Assembly (NCBI GenBank): GCA_963664115.2
Contig: CAXWPJ010000010.1
Span: forward strand, 32,001-96,000
From: Terriglobia bacterium
Lineage (GTDB): Bacteria; Acidobacteriota; Terriglobia; 20CM-2-55-15
Length of the DNA: 64,000 bases
Direction of reading: 5' to 3'
Made by a program: the position numbers and the translations under genes. Positions 27,312 to 36,241 of the stretch are shown piece after piece (the stretch's first letter is position 1; every line of letters starts with the position of its first letter). Below the pieces are notes generated by a model that was given only the letters and a program-made list of their open reading frames with translations, did not search any database and had not been told where the DNA came from.

Positions 27312-28304
27312 CTATGCGGTCGCCAGCTTTTCCAGGCCGGATCGCAACAGGCCCTTCGCCATGTCGATCTTCATCGCGTTGTACTTGAGCGGGGCCGCCT
27401 CCGTCAGTGCCGTCGATTGTGCCTCCAGGGCCAACTCCGGGCTCAAGGCCTTCCCTCTCAGAAAGTCCTCCACCGCACGTTCTCTCCATGGCCTTCCGGC
27501 GATCCCGCCGAAGACCACACGCGAGTCCGTGATCGTCCGCCCGCTCATCTCCAGTCCCATCGCCAGCGACGCCATCGCGAAGTCCCACACCCCCCGGGGC
27601 CGGATCTTCTCAAACGACGCCCGGAACCCCACCCGTGGCGCCGGCAGCGTCACTTCCGTCAATATCTCGTTGTACCGCACCACATGCGACTGGATCTTCC
27701 CATCCACCATCATGTCCCCCGGTACCAACTGTTCCACACTCAACTCCTTCGTCCCGAGCGGCCCCACCAGCTTCACCGTCGCATCAAACGGGATCAGGGC
27801 CGGCGCCGCATCCCCCGGGTACACCGCGTAGCACAACCGTCCCCCCATCGCCGAGTGGTAATAGCTGTTGTCTCCGATCGCTCCATGGCAGATGTAGCCC
27901 CCGTTGCGATAGCACGCATACCCCCCTCTCAGGTACTGGCACCACACCTCCTGCAACAGGTCCCCGCCCAACGTCGACGCGTTCCTCAACTCGGGCGAGG
28001 AAATCATATTCATCGCTTCTATCAGCATCGGGTACTTCCGCCCCACCAACGCCGAATCCGCAATCTCCGACAGCTTGGTCAGCGCCCCGATATCCACGCC
28101 CCCCGTCGCATTCTCCCGGATGTAGCTCAGGTTGGGAATTCCCTTCACATCCACCAGATAACTCGGCGCCTGATCCAAGCGGTTCTTCAAGCGGATCAGC
28201 AGGTCCGTCCCCCCCGCATACACCCCCGCTTGGGTTCCATGCAGCGTCAATATCTGGATCGCTTCATCCATGCTCGTCGGCCGATATATCGATACTTTCT
28301 TCAT
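27312..28304 (-). CDS. Xanthine-dehydrogenase-family FAD subunit with [4Fe-4S] insert (PaoB/HcrB-like), copy 1
   Basis: AGGTDL, LRNASTLGG, four-Cys insert WC..AC..IC..LC. ATGA overlap with the Mo subunit stop. Confidence 0.9.
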   Translation of the reverse strand: MKKVSIYRPTSMDEAIQILTLHGTQAGVYAGGTDLLIRLKNRLDQAPSYLVDVKGIPNLSYIRENATGGVDIGALTKLSEIADSALVGRKYPMLIEAMNMISSPELRNASTLGGDLLQEVWCQYLRGGYACYRNGGYICHGAIGDNSYYHSAMGGRLCYAVYPGDAAPALIPFDATVKLVGPLGTKELSVEQLVPGDMMVDGKIQSHVVRYNEILTEVTLPAPRVGFRASFEKIRPRGVWDFAMASLAMGLEMSGRTITDSRVVFGGIAGRPWRERAVEDFLRGKALSPELALEAQSTALTEAAPLKYNAMKIDMAKGLLRSGLEKLATA

Positions 28305-30865
28305 GCCCCCGCCTCCCTCTCTTTCAATCCCGCCATGATCTTGTCCCGCGTGATCGGCGTTTCTCTGATCCGAACGCCACACGCATTGTAGATGGCATTC
28401 GATACCGCGCCCGGCACGGACCCGATCGATGTCTCACTGAAGCTCTTGATCCCATAAAACCAGCGGGGCTCCAGGCTATCCACCAATACCTGGGTCTGAT
28501 GTTCCGGCATTTCCATGATCGTCGGCAGGCGGTAGGCCAGGTAGCCGGTGGCGTAGTGGCGATGACCTGGAAATTCCCGATCGTACGGAACCGGGTCCGT
28601 CGCCATTTGAAGGCTCTGGGTCATGGACCCGAGCATGTCGGCCGACGCGACCATCGGGTTGACCACCAGCCCGGTGTCGTGACAGTAAGCCGACCGGACG
28701 ATACGCCAGTCACCGGTCCAGGTATCGACTTCCACTTCGAGGAAACAGGCGCCGACTCCCTTGGTCAGCGCTCTTCCCTGATTCTTGTTCACGCCTTGAC
28801 CCGCCCCAACAATCGAACCGCCCGCTGCTTTAGCAAGCGCCGCAAACGTCGTCTGAAGCTGGGGATTGTCCCGCGAAGAGATGACGCCATCACGGATCTC
28901 AAGCGCAGTCACGTCCACGTTCAGCGTACTTGCCGCTCGGTCGAGAAGATCTTTCTTGAGCTTAACGGTGGCACTGTAGGTGGCCGCCCCTTGGACGGTA
29001 ACGGTCTTGCCGGCGATCCAACCGTTGCTCGGGGGAGTAATGTCCGAGTCCCCCCATATCGCGCGGATATAATCCCGGGTTGTGAACCCGAGGATCTCCG
29101 CCACGACATGCGCGAGCGCCGTGTCATGGTTGGTGCCGCTGTCGGGCAGCGCGGTCTTCACGTTCACGTACCCGTCGGCGGTCAACTCCACTTCGGCGCC
29201 GAACAATCCGCCACCACCACCGCCGCCGGTTCCGTTTGTTTCTATCATGCGCCGGCGAAAACCTTCCTCTCCGTCGTGGTAACCCATGTGGCCGGCATGG
29301 TGCTGTGAATTCGCCACGCCAAACCCCCTCTTATACCGTCCGGGGTTGCCGCCCGCGACCGGATTCCTCTGGTCCCAACCGATTTCCTTCGCGCCCTCTT
29401 CCAGCACCTCGACCGACGCGAACGAATCGTATGTGACGGCGCCGTTCTCGTTCTCATAGCGTGTCCCGGCTGCCAGGTCCTTATGCCAGGCCCCGGTGAG
29501 CTGATCCCCCGGCTTCGAGACGTGCATCAACCGGAACTGGAGGGGGTCCATCCCCACCGCTTCCGACATCTCATCGATCATGTTTTCGAAGGCCCACTTG
29601 ATCTCCTGCTGCGTGTAGCTCCGAACCGGCGCGGTCTCCATTGCATTCGATCGATAGGCATACGCGGTCGTTTTCCAGTTTGGCACCTGGCTGGTGTAGA
29701 GCTCGAAATTGTTCTTGGCGATCTCGTTTACGGCTTGAGCCGTTTGAAAACCTCGCTCCCCCGCGCTGATATAAATCTCGTGCGTGAGCGCGATAATGCG
29801 TCCGTCACTGTTGGCGCCGACCCGGAATTTCGTCATGTTCTCCGGCTTGACATAGACAAACGCCATTTCCTGATCCTTGGGGAGCATGACCTTGGTGGGC
29901 CGGCCCGTCATCCTCGCGATATAGGCGATGTATGTATAGAACGGCTCGGAGGCTCCTCTCGCCGCCGAGAACGTGCAGCCGTTGTACTTATTGATGTACC
30001 GAACCTGCGACGTATCGATACCCAGCTCCCGTGCAATGCGATCTCGCATGGGATAGATTCCCTGACTCATACCCCAGAACGTCAGTTGATCGCCATCCCA
30101 CTTGGCCACGCTGCCACAGGGTTGCATGGGAATCGCGGTCGCTCCCGCCCAGTAATAGGTGAACTCCCGGATTACCTCAGAGTCTCGAAAGCCCTGCTCG
30201 ACATCGCCAAGCTGGGCCACCCAGGTGGCGTTCGGGTCGTAATGAGGATCATCCTCCGATATCCGAAGGAGGTGCCCTGCTCCATCACGAACCTCGGGCG
30301 CGTCCGGGGACATGGCGCTTTCCAGAGTTGCGGCAAAGGGCAGGATCTCGTAATCCGCCTCGATGGCCGCGACGGCGTCTTCCGCGAGGTCCTCCGTATC
30401 GGCGGCCACAATAGCGACCACTTCTCCGGTCAGGCTCAGTTCTTCGGGCATTGGAACGTTGGCCGGAGCATTCTCGCGTGTGAGTACGTAGGCCACACCC
30501 GGCATCCGCTCCGCCTTCGATGTGTCCAGACTTCGAATCCGCGCATGAGGATGGGGACAGGTGAGAAACTTCGCGTAGAGCATGTCGGGAAACCAAACTC
30601 TGCTCGAATACTGGGCTGTACCGAGAAACCTCGGTATGGAGACTTCGGGCATCGGCGGCATCGACTTTCCAACTACGTTGAGATTCTCAGGCGCGTAGCC
30701 CTGCCATTTCTGCGTCACGATCTGGTCGTCACCTTCGACGAGTATGTCTTCCGGACCGTGACCTCCACCTGTGGAGTAATCGCGCACCATGGGCAGCTTG
30801 ATCTGGACGATGGATCCAGGTTCGGGTACGGCTTCGATTTTCGGTATACCGTTTTCCTGACTCAT
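28301..30865 (-). CDS. Xanthine-dehydrogenase-family molybdopterin-binding subunit, copy 1
   Basis: PHPHARI, GEVVAIVAADT, EVEVDTWTG, HDTGLVVNP, YRLPT, KSFSET, NAIYNACGVRIR..PIT. Confidence 0.9.
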   Translation of the reverse strand: MSQENGIPKIEAVPEPGSIVQIKLPMVRDYSTGGGHGPEDILVEGDDQIVTQKWQGYAPENLNVVGKSMPPMPEVSIPRFLGTAQYSSRVWFPDMLYAKFLTCPHPHARIRSLDTSKAERMPGVAYVLTRENAPANVPMPEELSLTGEVVAIVAADTEDLAEDAVAAIEADYEILPFAATLESAMSPDAPEVRDGAGHLLRISEDDPHYDPNATWVAQLGDVEQGFRDSEVIREFTYYWAGATAIPMQPCGSVAKWDGDQLTFWGMSQGIYPMRDRIARELGIDTSQVRYINKYNGCTFSAARGASEPFYTYIAYIARMTGRPTKVMLPKDQEMAFVYVKPENMTKFRVGANSDGRIIALTHEIYISAGERGFQTAQAVNEIAKNNFELYTSQVPNWKTTAYAYRSNAMETAPVRSYTQQEIKWAFENMIDEMSEAVGMDPLQFRLMHVSKPGDQLTGAWHKDLAAGTRYENENGAVTYDSFASVEVLEEGAKEIGWDQRNPVAGGNPGRYKRGFGVANSQHHAGHMGYHDGEEGFRRRMIETNGTGGGGGGGLFGAEVELTADGYVNVKTALPDSGTNHDTALAHVVAEILGFTTRDYIRAIWGDSDITPPSNGWIAGKTVTVQGAATYSATVKLKKDLLDRAASTLNVDVTALEIRDGVISSRDNPQLQTTFAALAKAAGGSIVGAGQGVNKNQGRALTKGVGACFLEVEVDTWTGDWRIVRSAYCHDTGLVVNPMVASADMLGSMTQSLQMATDPVPYDREFPGHRHYATGYLAYRLPTIMEMPEHQTQVLVDSLEPRWFYGIKSFSETSIGSVPGAVSNAIYNACGVRIRETPITRDKIMAGLKEREAGA

Positions 30866-31479
30866 AGTTCGGCCTCCCCGCGCATGACTTTACCCGCATC
30901 CACCACCGTCCGTATGATCGCCGGGTAGGCCGCGCACCGGCAGATATGTCCCGACAGCGCCATTTTGACTTCGTCCACCGTCGGGTCCGGGTTCTCGTCG
31001 AGCAGACCTTTCGCCGTCACTTCCCATCCCGGTGTACAGAATCCGCAGTCGGCCGCCACGTACCGGTGCCCCACCGCCTGGATCGGATGCAGATTGTCTG
31101 CGTCGCCCAAGCCTTCCACCGTGAATATGTCTTTCTCCCTCGCCTCCGTCGCCAGGGTGTGGCAGGAATAATAGGGCGTCCCATCGATCAGGACGCTGCA
31201 GGCTCCACAACTCGCCCGGTTGCAGCTCCGGTTCGTCCCCGTCAGCGCCAGCTTAATCGCGATCACTTCCCACAAGGTCGTCCGGGCCTCGTATTCAGCT
31301 TGGTAGGTGGCTCCATTGATTATGAATGTCCCGATCTCCACCGTCATCGGTGCGGGAATACCTGACGCCATCTGGGCCGAAGCCGCGGAACCGGCGACCG
31401 AGCGGTAACCGCCCACCGTCGTCAGTACGACCGCGCCTGAGCCGGCCGCCTTCAGAAAATGTCTTCGAGAATACTTCAT
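30862..31479 (-). CDS. Tat-exported 2x[2Fe-2S] subunit (PaoA-like), copy 1
   Basis: SRRHFLK Tat signal; CNRASCGAC..C, CGFC, HICRC; GGAGG RBS. Confidence 0.9.
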   Translation of the reverse strand: MKYSRRHFLKAAGSGAVVLTTVGGYRSVAGSAASAQMASGIPAPMTVEIGTFIINGATYQAEYEARTTLWEVIAIKLALTGTNRSCNRASCGACSVLIDGTPYYSCHTLATEAREKDIFTVEGLGDADNLHPIQAVGHRYVAADCGFCTPGWEVTAKGLLDENPDPTVDEVKMALSGHICRCAAYPAIIRTVVDAGKVMRGEAEL

Positions 31480-31658
31480 AACCTCAAACCTCCAGCGGTT
31501 TGTGCGCAATCGAAAATCCGGGGACTTTTAGCAAGAATGAACTCGTGCCATGCTCCCAAAATACCCCCCCGTTGTCCACTGATTTTACTTGCGTCTGGGG
31601 GACGCTCATGCCGGGCAGGAGATGCGTTTCGAAAAGGAGAGTCGACAAATTCGTCTGT

Positions 31659-31704
31659 AAAAACAAAGCGAGGCGTCCCGCCGTTTTCGCCGGACGCCTC
31701 GCTT
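31659..31704 (-). terminator. Intrinsic terminator after FAD subunit copy 2
   Basis: AAGCGAGGCGTCC/GGACGCCTCGCTT stem with a T-tract on the minus strand. Confidence 0.7.
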
Positions 31705-31723
31705 GGGATGAACTTGCCGTCTT

Positions 31724-32716
31724 CTATGCGGTGGCTAACTTTTCCAGGCCGGATCGCAACAGGCCCTTCGCCATGTCGATCTTCATCGCGTTGTACTTGA
31801 GCGGGGCCGCCTCCGTCAGTGCCGTCGATTGTGCCTCCAGGGCCAACTCCGGGCTCAAGGCTTTCCCTCTCAGAAAGTCCTCCACCGCACGTTCTCTCCA
31901 TGGCCTTCCGGCGATCCCGCCGAAGACCACACGCGAGTCCGTGATCGTCCGCCCGCTCATCTCCAGTCCCATCGCCATCGACGCCATCGCGAAGTCCCAC
32001 ACCCCACGGGGCCGGATCTTCTCAAACGACGCCCGGAACCCCACCCGTGGCGCCGGCAGCGTCACTTCCGTCAATATCTCGTTGTACCGCACCACATGCG
32101 ACTGGATCCGGCCGTCCACCATCATGTCTCCCGGTACCAACTGTTCCACACTCAACTCCTTCGTCCCCAACGGTCCCACCAGCTTCACCGTCGCATCAAA
32201 CGGGATCAGGGCCGGCGCCGCATCCCCCGGATACACCGCGTAGCACAACCGTCCCCCCATCGCCGAGTGGTAATAGCTGTTGTCTCCGATCGCTCCATGG
32301 CAGATGTAGCCCCCGTTGCGATAGCACGCATACCCCCCTCTCAGGTACTGGCACCACACCTCCTGCAACAGGTCCCCGCCCAACGTCGACGCGTTCCTCA
32401 ACTCGGGCGAGGAAATCATATTCATCGCTTCTATCAGCATCGGGTACTTCCGCCCCACCAACGCCGAATCCGCAATCTCCGACAGCTTGGTCAGCGCCCC
32501 GATATCCACGCCCCCCGTCGCATTCTCCCGGATGTAGCTCAGGTTTGGAATTCCCTTCACATCCACCAGATAACTCGGCGCCTGATCCAAGCGGTTCTTC
32601 AAGCGGATCAGCAGGTCCGTCCCCCCCGCATACACCCCCGCTTCCGTTCCATGCAGCGTCAATATCTGGATCGCTTCATCCATGCTCGTCGGCCGATATA
32701 TCGATACTTTCTTCAT
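31724..32716 (-). CDS. Xanthine-dehydrogenase-family FAD subunit, copy 2
   Basis: Differs from copy 1 at three residues by eye (Q/E, K/R, L/M). Confidence 0.9.
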   Translation of the reverse strand: MKKVSIYRPTSMDEAIQILTLHGTEAGVYAGGTDLLIRLKNRLDQAPSYLVDVKGIPNLSYIRENATGGVDIGALTKLSEIADSALVGRKYPMLIEAMNMISSPELRNASTLGGDLLQEVWCQYLRGGYACYRNGGYICHGAIGDNSYYHSAMGGRLCYAVYPGDAAPALIPFDATVKLVGPLGTKELSVEQLVPGDMMVDGRIQSHVVRYNEILTEVTLPAPRVGFRASFEKIRPRGVWDFAMASMAMGLEMSGRTITDSRVVFGGIAGRPWRERAVEDFLRGKALSPELALEAQSTALTEAAPLKYNAMKIDMAKGLLRSGLEKLATA

Positions 32717-35229
32717 GCCCCCGCCTCCCTCTCTTTCAATCCCGCCATGATCTTGTCCCGCGTGATCGGATGCTCCCGGATTCGAACCCCGCACGCGTTG
32801 TAAATCGCGTTCGACAATGCGCCGGGCACGGACCCGATCGATGTCTCACTGAAGCTCTTGGTCCCAAAGAACCAGCGAGGCTCCAAACTGTCCACGAACA
32901 GGTTCGTCTGGTCGTCGGGAGCATCCATGATCGTCGGCAGCCGATAGGACAGATAGCCGACGCTGTAGTGACGCGTACCCGGAAATTCTCTATCCCACGG
33001 AAGCGGATCCGTCGCGATCTGAACGCTCTGCATCAGGGACCCGTGCATATCGGCTGCGCCCACCAGGGGGTTGACGATCAACCCGGTATCGTGACCATAG
33101 ACCGACCTCAGAAAGCGCCAGTCGCCTGTAAAGGTGTCCACTTCCACTTCGACAAAGCAGGCTCCAACGCCCTTGTTGTTCACCCTTCCTTCACGGCTGC
33201 CGCCTCCCCGACCCGTTTGACTCACGACGCCTCCATTAGCCAGGGCCAGTGCGGCGAAGGTCGTTCGCTTTTGGGGGTCTTCTGTCGATGAAATGACGCC
33301 GTCGCGGATCTGGAGCGTAGACGCATCCACGTTCAGCGAATTCGCCGCGCGGTTGAGAAGGGAGTTCTTCAGCTTGTCCGCGGCGATACAAATCGGCCCT
33401 GCCTGCTGGGTGATGGTTCGGCCGGCAAACCAGCGCCCGCTTTCCGGTGCCGTCTCCGTGTCTCCCCATACGACCCGGATATAATCCCGAGTTGTGAATC
33501 CGAGGATTTCGGCGACCATGTGAGCTGGCGCGGTGGCATGGTTCGTGCCGCTGTCAGGAAGAGCGAAGCGCATGGTCACGTAACCGTCGGCATCCACTTC
33601 CACCTGAGCGCCGTAGGATCCGCCGAAGCCGCCGAACTCGGCGCCCGTCACCCTCTCGAAGTAGAGCTCTTCTTCGGTGTAACCGCACTGGCCCCCATGG
33701 TGCTGAGACATCGCCATACCCAACCCCCTTTTGAACCTCCCGGGGTTACCACCCGGCACCGGATTCCTCTGATCCCAGCCAAAGGCCTTCGCGCTCTCTT
33801 CGAGCACTTCGATGCCGGCGTGCGAGTCATACGTATATTGATCTTCCCCGGGCCCTCCAATGCTTACCAGGCCGGGATCGCCGGGCTTTGCGACGTTGAT
33901 CAGGCGGAACTCGACGGGATCCATCCCCAAAGCGACCGCCATTTCGTCGATCATGTTTTCCCAGGCCCATTTGGATTCCTGCTGCTGATAGCTCCGAGAC
34001 GGACCGATTCGGATCGAGTTGGTCTTGTAGCAGTACCACGTGGATTTAATGTGAGCCACCCGAGCGCCGTACAATTCGATCGGAGTCGCGCAGTGGCCTC
34101 CGCCCCATGTGTCGTTTGTGTCTCCGGTGCCCATGTAGACGTTGCTTTCGATCGCTGTGATGCGCCCGTCATTCATGGCGCCCACCTTGAGCACCGCTAT
34201 ATTTTCCGGCTTGACCTGGAGACGCGCCAGTTCCTGATCCTTTGAGAGCATCAACTTGACAGGCCGACCCGCCAATTTCGCCAGATGAGCGATAAATGGA
34301 TTGAGGTAGGATCCTTCCATCGCGGATCCGAACGTACAGCCGTTGTACTTGTTGATGTAATGGATGCGCTCCGGATCGATACCCAGCCCTCGGGCCATCT
34401 CGGCACGGTAGGGGTGAATGCCCTGATTCATGGCCCAGAAAGTGAGCTGGTCGCCGTCCCACTTGGCAACACCGCCGAGGGGCTGCATGGGAACCGAAAC
34501 CCCTCCAGCAAAGTAATACGTGAACTCACGGACGACATCCGCTTCCGCAAATCCCTCTTCGACGTTGCCCTGTTGACCCACCCAGCTCGCATTCGGATCG
34601 TAGAAGAAGTCATCCGGTCGACGTTGATTGAGATTCCCTCTTCCCTGATTGAGATCGGGTGCGTCAGGAGCCATGGCCTGCTCGACGGTCGACGCGGACG
34701 GAAGGACCTCGTAGTCCACTTCGATTGCGGCGAGAGCGTCCGCGGCGAGATCTTCCGTCTCTGCGGCAACGAAGGCTACGATCTCGCCCTGAAAGTTGAG
34801 ATCGCGGGACAAGGGGTGGTTGGCGGGGCCGTTTTCATACGTCAGTATTGCCGAAACACCTGGCATCCGCTCCGCCCTGGAAATGTCGAGGTTCCGAATC
34901 CTCGCACGCGGATGAGGACTGATCAGGACTTTCGCGTACTGCATGTCGGGCAGCCACACGCGGGTGGCATACTGAGCCGTCCCGAGAAACCGTGGTACGG
35001 AGACCTCGGGCATAGGCGGCATCGGCTTTCCAACTACGTTGAGATTCTCAGGCGCGTAGCCCTGCCACTTCTTCGTCACGATATTCGCATCGGCTCCGCG
35101 ACCCTCCATCAGGTCCGGACCGGGCGCGTGGCCGCCACCTGTGGAAAAGTCGCGCACCATGGGCAGCTTGATCTGAATAATGTGATCCAGACTGGCTTCG
35201 ATTTTCGGTATACCGTTTTCCTGACTCAT
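32713..35229 (-). CDS. Xanthine-dehydrogenase-family molybdopterin-binding subunit, copy 2
   Basis: Same family motifs as copy 1, with a divergent interior. Confidence 0.9.
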   Translation of the reverse strand: MSQENGIPKIEASLDHIIQIKLPMVRDFSTGGGHAPGPDLMEGRGADANIVTKKWQGYAPENLNVVGKPMPPMPEVSVPRFLGTAQYATRVWLPDMQYAKVLISPHPRARIRNLDISRAERMPGVSAILTYENGPANHPLSRDLNFQGEIVAFVAAETEDLAADALAAIEVDYEVLPSASTVEQAMAPDAPDLNQGRGNLNQRRPDDFFYDPNASWVGQQGNVEEGFAEADVVREFTYYFAGGVSVPMQPLGGVAKWDGDQLTFWAMNQGIHPYRAEMARGLGIDPERIHYINKYNGCTFGSAMEGSYLNPFIAHLAKLAGRPVKLMLSKDQELARLQVKPENIAVLKVGAMNDGRITAIESNVYMGTGDTNDTWGGGHCATPIELYGARVAHIKSTWYCYKTNSIRIGPSRSYQQQESKWAWENMIDEMAVALGMDPVEFRLINVAKPGDPGLVSIGGPGEDQYTYDSHAGIEVLEESAKAFGWDQRNPVPGGNPGRFKRGLGMAMSQHHGGQCGYTEEELYFERVTGAEFGGFGGSYGAQVEVDADGYVTMRFALPDSGTNHATAPAHMVAEILGFTTRDYIRVVWGDTETAPESGRWFAGRTITQQAGPICIAADKLKNSLLNRAANSLNVDASTLQIRDGVISSTEDPQKRTTFAALALANGGVVSQTGRGGGSREGRVNNKGVGACFVEVEVDTFTGDWRFLRSVYGHDTGLIVNPLVGAADMHGSLMQSVQIATDPLPWDREFPGTRHYSVGYLSYRLPTIMDAPDDQTNLFVDSLEPRWFFGTKSFSETSIGSVPGALSNAIYNACGVRIREHPITRDKIMAGLKEREAGA

Positions 35230-35840
35230 AGTTCTGCCTCCCCGCGCATGACTTTACCCGCATCCACCACCGTCCGTATGATCGCCGGGTAGGCCGCGCA
35301 CCGGCAGATATGCCCCGACAGCGCCATCTTGACTTCGTCCACCGTCGGGTCCGGGTTCTCGTCGAGCAGACCCTTCGCCGTCACTTCCCATCCCGGTGTA
35401 CAGAATCCGCAGTCGGCCGCCACGTACCGGTGCCCCACCGCCTGGATCGGATGCAGATTGTCTGCGTCGCCCAGGCCTTCCACCGTGAATATGTCTTTCT
35501 CCCTCGCCTCCGTCGCCAGGGTGTGGCAGGAATAATAGGGCGTCCCATCGATCAGGACGCTGCAGGCCCCACAACTGGCCCGGTTGCAGCTCCGGTTCGT
35601 CCCCGTCAGCGCCAGCTTCATCGCGATCACTTCCCACAAGGTCGTCCGGGCCTCGTATTCAGCCTGGTAGGTGGCTCCATTGATTATGAACGTCCCGATC
35701 TCCACCGTCATCGGTGCGGCGATACCCGCCGCCTGGGCCGGGGCCGCCGATGCTGTCACCGAGCGGTAACCGCCCACCGTCGTCAGGACGACCGCACCCG
35801 AGCCGGCCGCCTTCAGGAAATGTCTCCGGGAATACCTCAT
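35226..35840 (-). CDS. Tat-exported 2x[2Fe-2S] subunit, copy 2
   Basis: MRYSRRHFLK Tat signal; Cys motifs identical to copy 1. Confidence 0.9.
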   Translation of the reverse strand: MRYSRRHFLKAAGSGAVVLTTVGGYRSVTASAAPAQAAGIAAPMTVEIGTFIINGATYQAEYEARTTLWEVIAMKLALTGTNRSCNRASCGACSVLIDGTPYYSCHTLATEAREKDIFTVEGLGDADNLHPIQAVGHRYVAADCGFCTPGWEVTAKGLLDENPDPTVDEVKMALSGHICRCAAYPAIIRTVVDAGKVMRGEAEL

Positions 35841-36241
35841 CTTCAAACCTCCATCGGTTCGCGAAATACTCAGAAAACGAAGGATTTTTTGGTAAGTGTG
35901 AACTCTGGCCATACTCCCAAAATCCCGCTCTCGTGTCTACTAGTTTCACCCCCTTCAGGCCGAAATGTCGCAATGGAACTTCCTGGAAGATGGCCCCGCA
36001 GGAGCGGGCCGAATCCAGAACTCTGATTGACCTAAACCTTTCCCTTTTGTAGACTTCTGCCCATCTCAAGCCGCGACACCAACCATAAGATGCCGTGTTG
36101 GCAATGCTTCGAGTGGGCAGCGTACAAGAGACGATCATTCATCGGAAGTTAGTGTTGATTCCCTTCAAACCGAATTTTGGGCGATGTCGACCCCAGCCCC
36201 TCTGCACAGGAGCGTCCGGATGGACTCCGTACGGTCGGCGA

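Noticed and set aside
28305-28382. N-terminal extensions of the FAD subunits in the ORF track
   Set aside because: They overlap the Mo gene; the ATGA-coupled start at MKKVSIY is conserved in all three copies.
27213-29308. Long plus-strand ORFs (392 and 557 aa), with equivalents at 31829, 32047, 39142 and 46931
   Set aside because: Antisense shadows of well-supported genes, with low-complexity Arg/Pro/Ser composition.
31530-31552. Sigma-54 promoter (TGGCACG...TTGC) upstream of Mo operon 1
   Set aside because: GG-to-GC spacing is 5 bp too long, and TTGC is not conserved in the other two copies.
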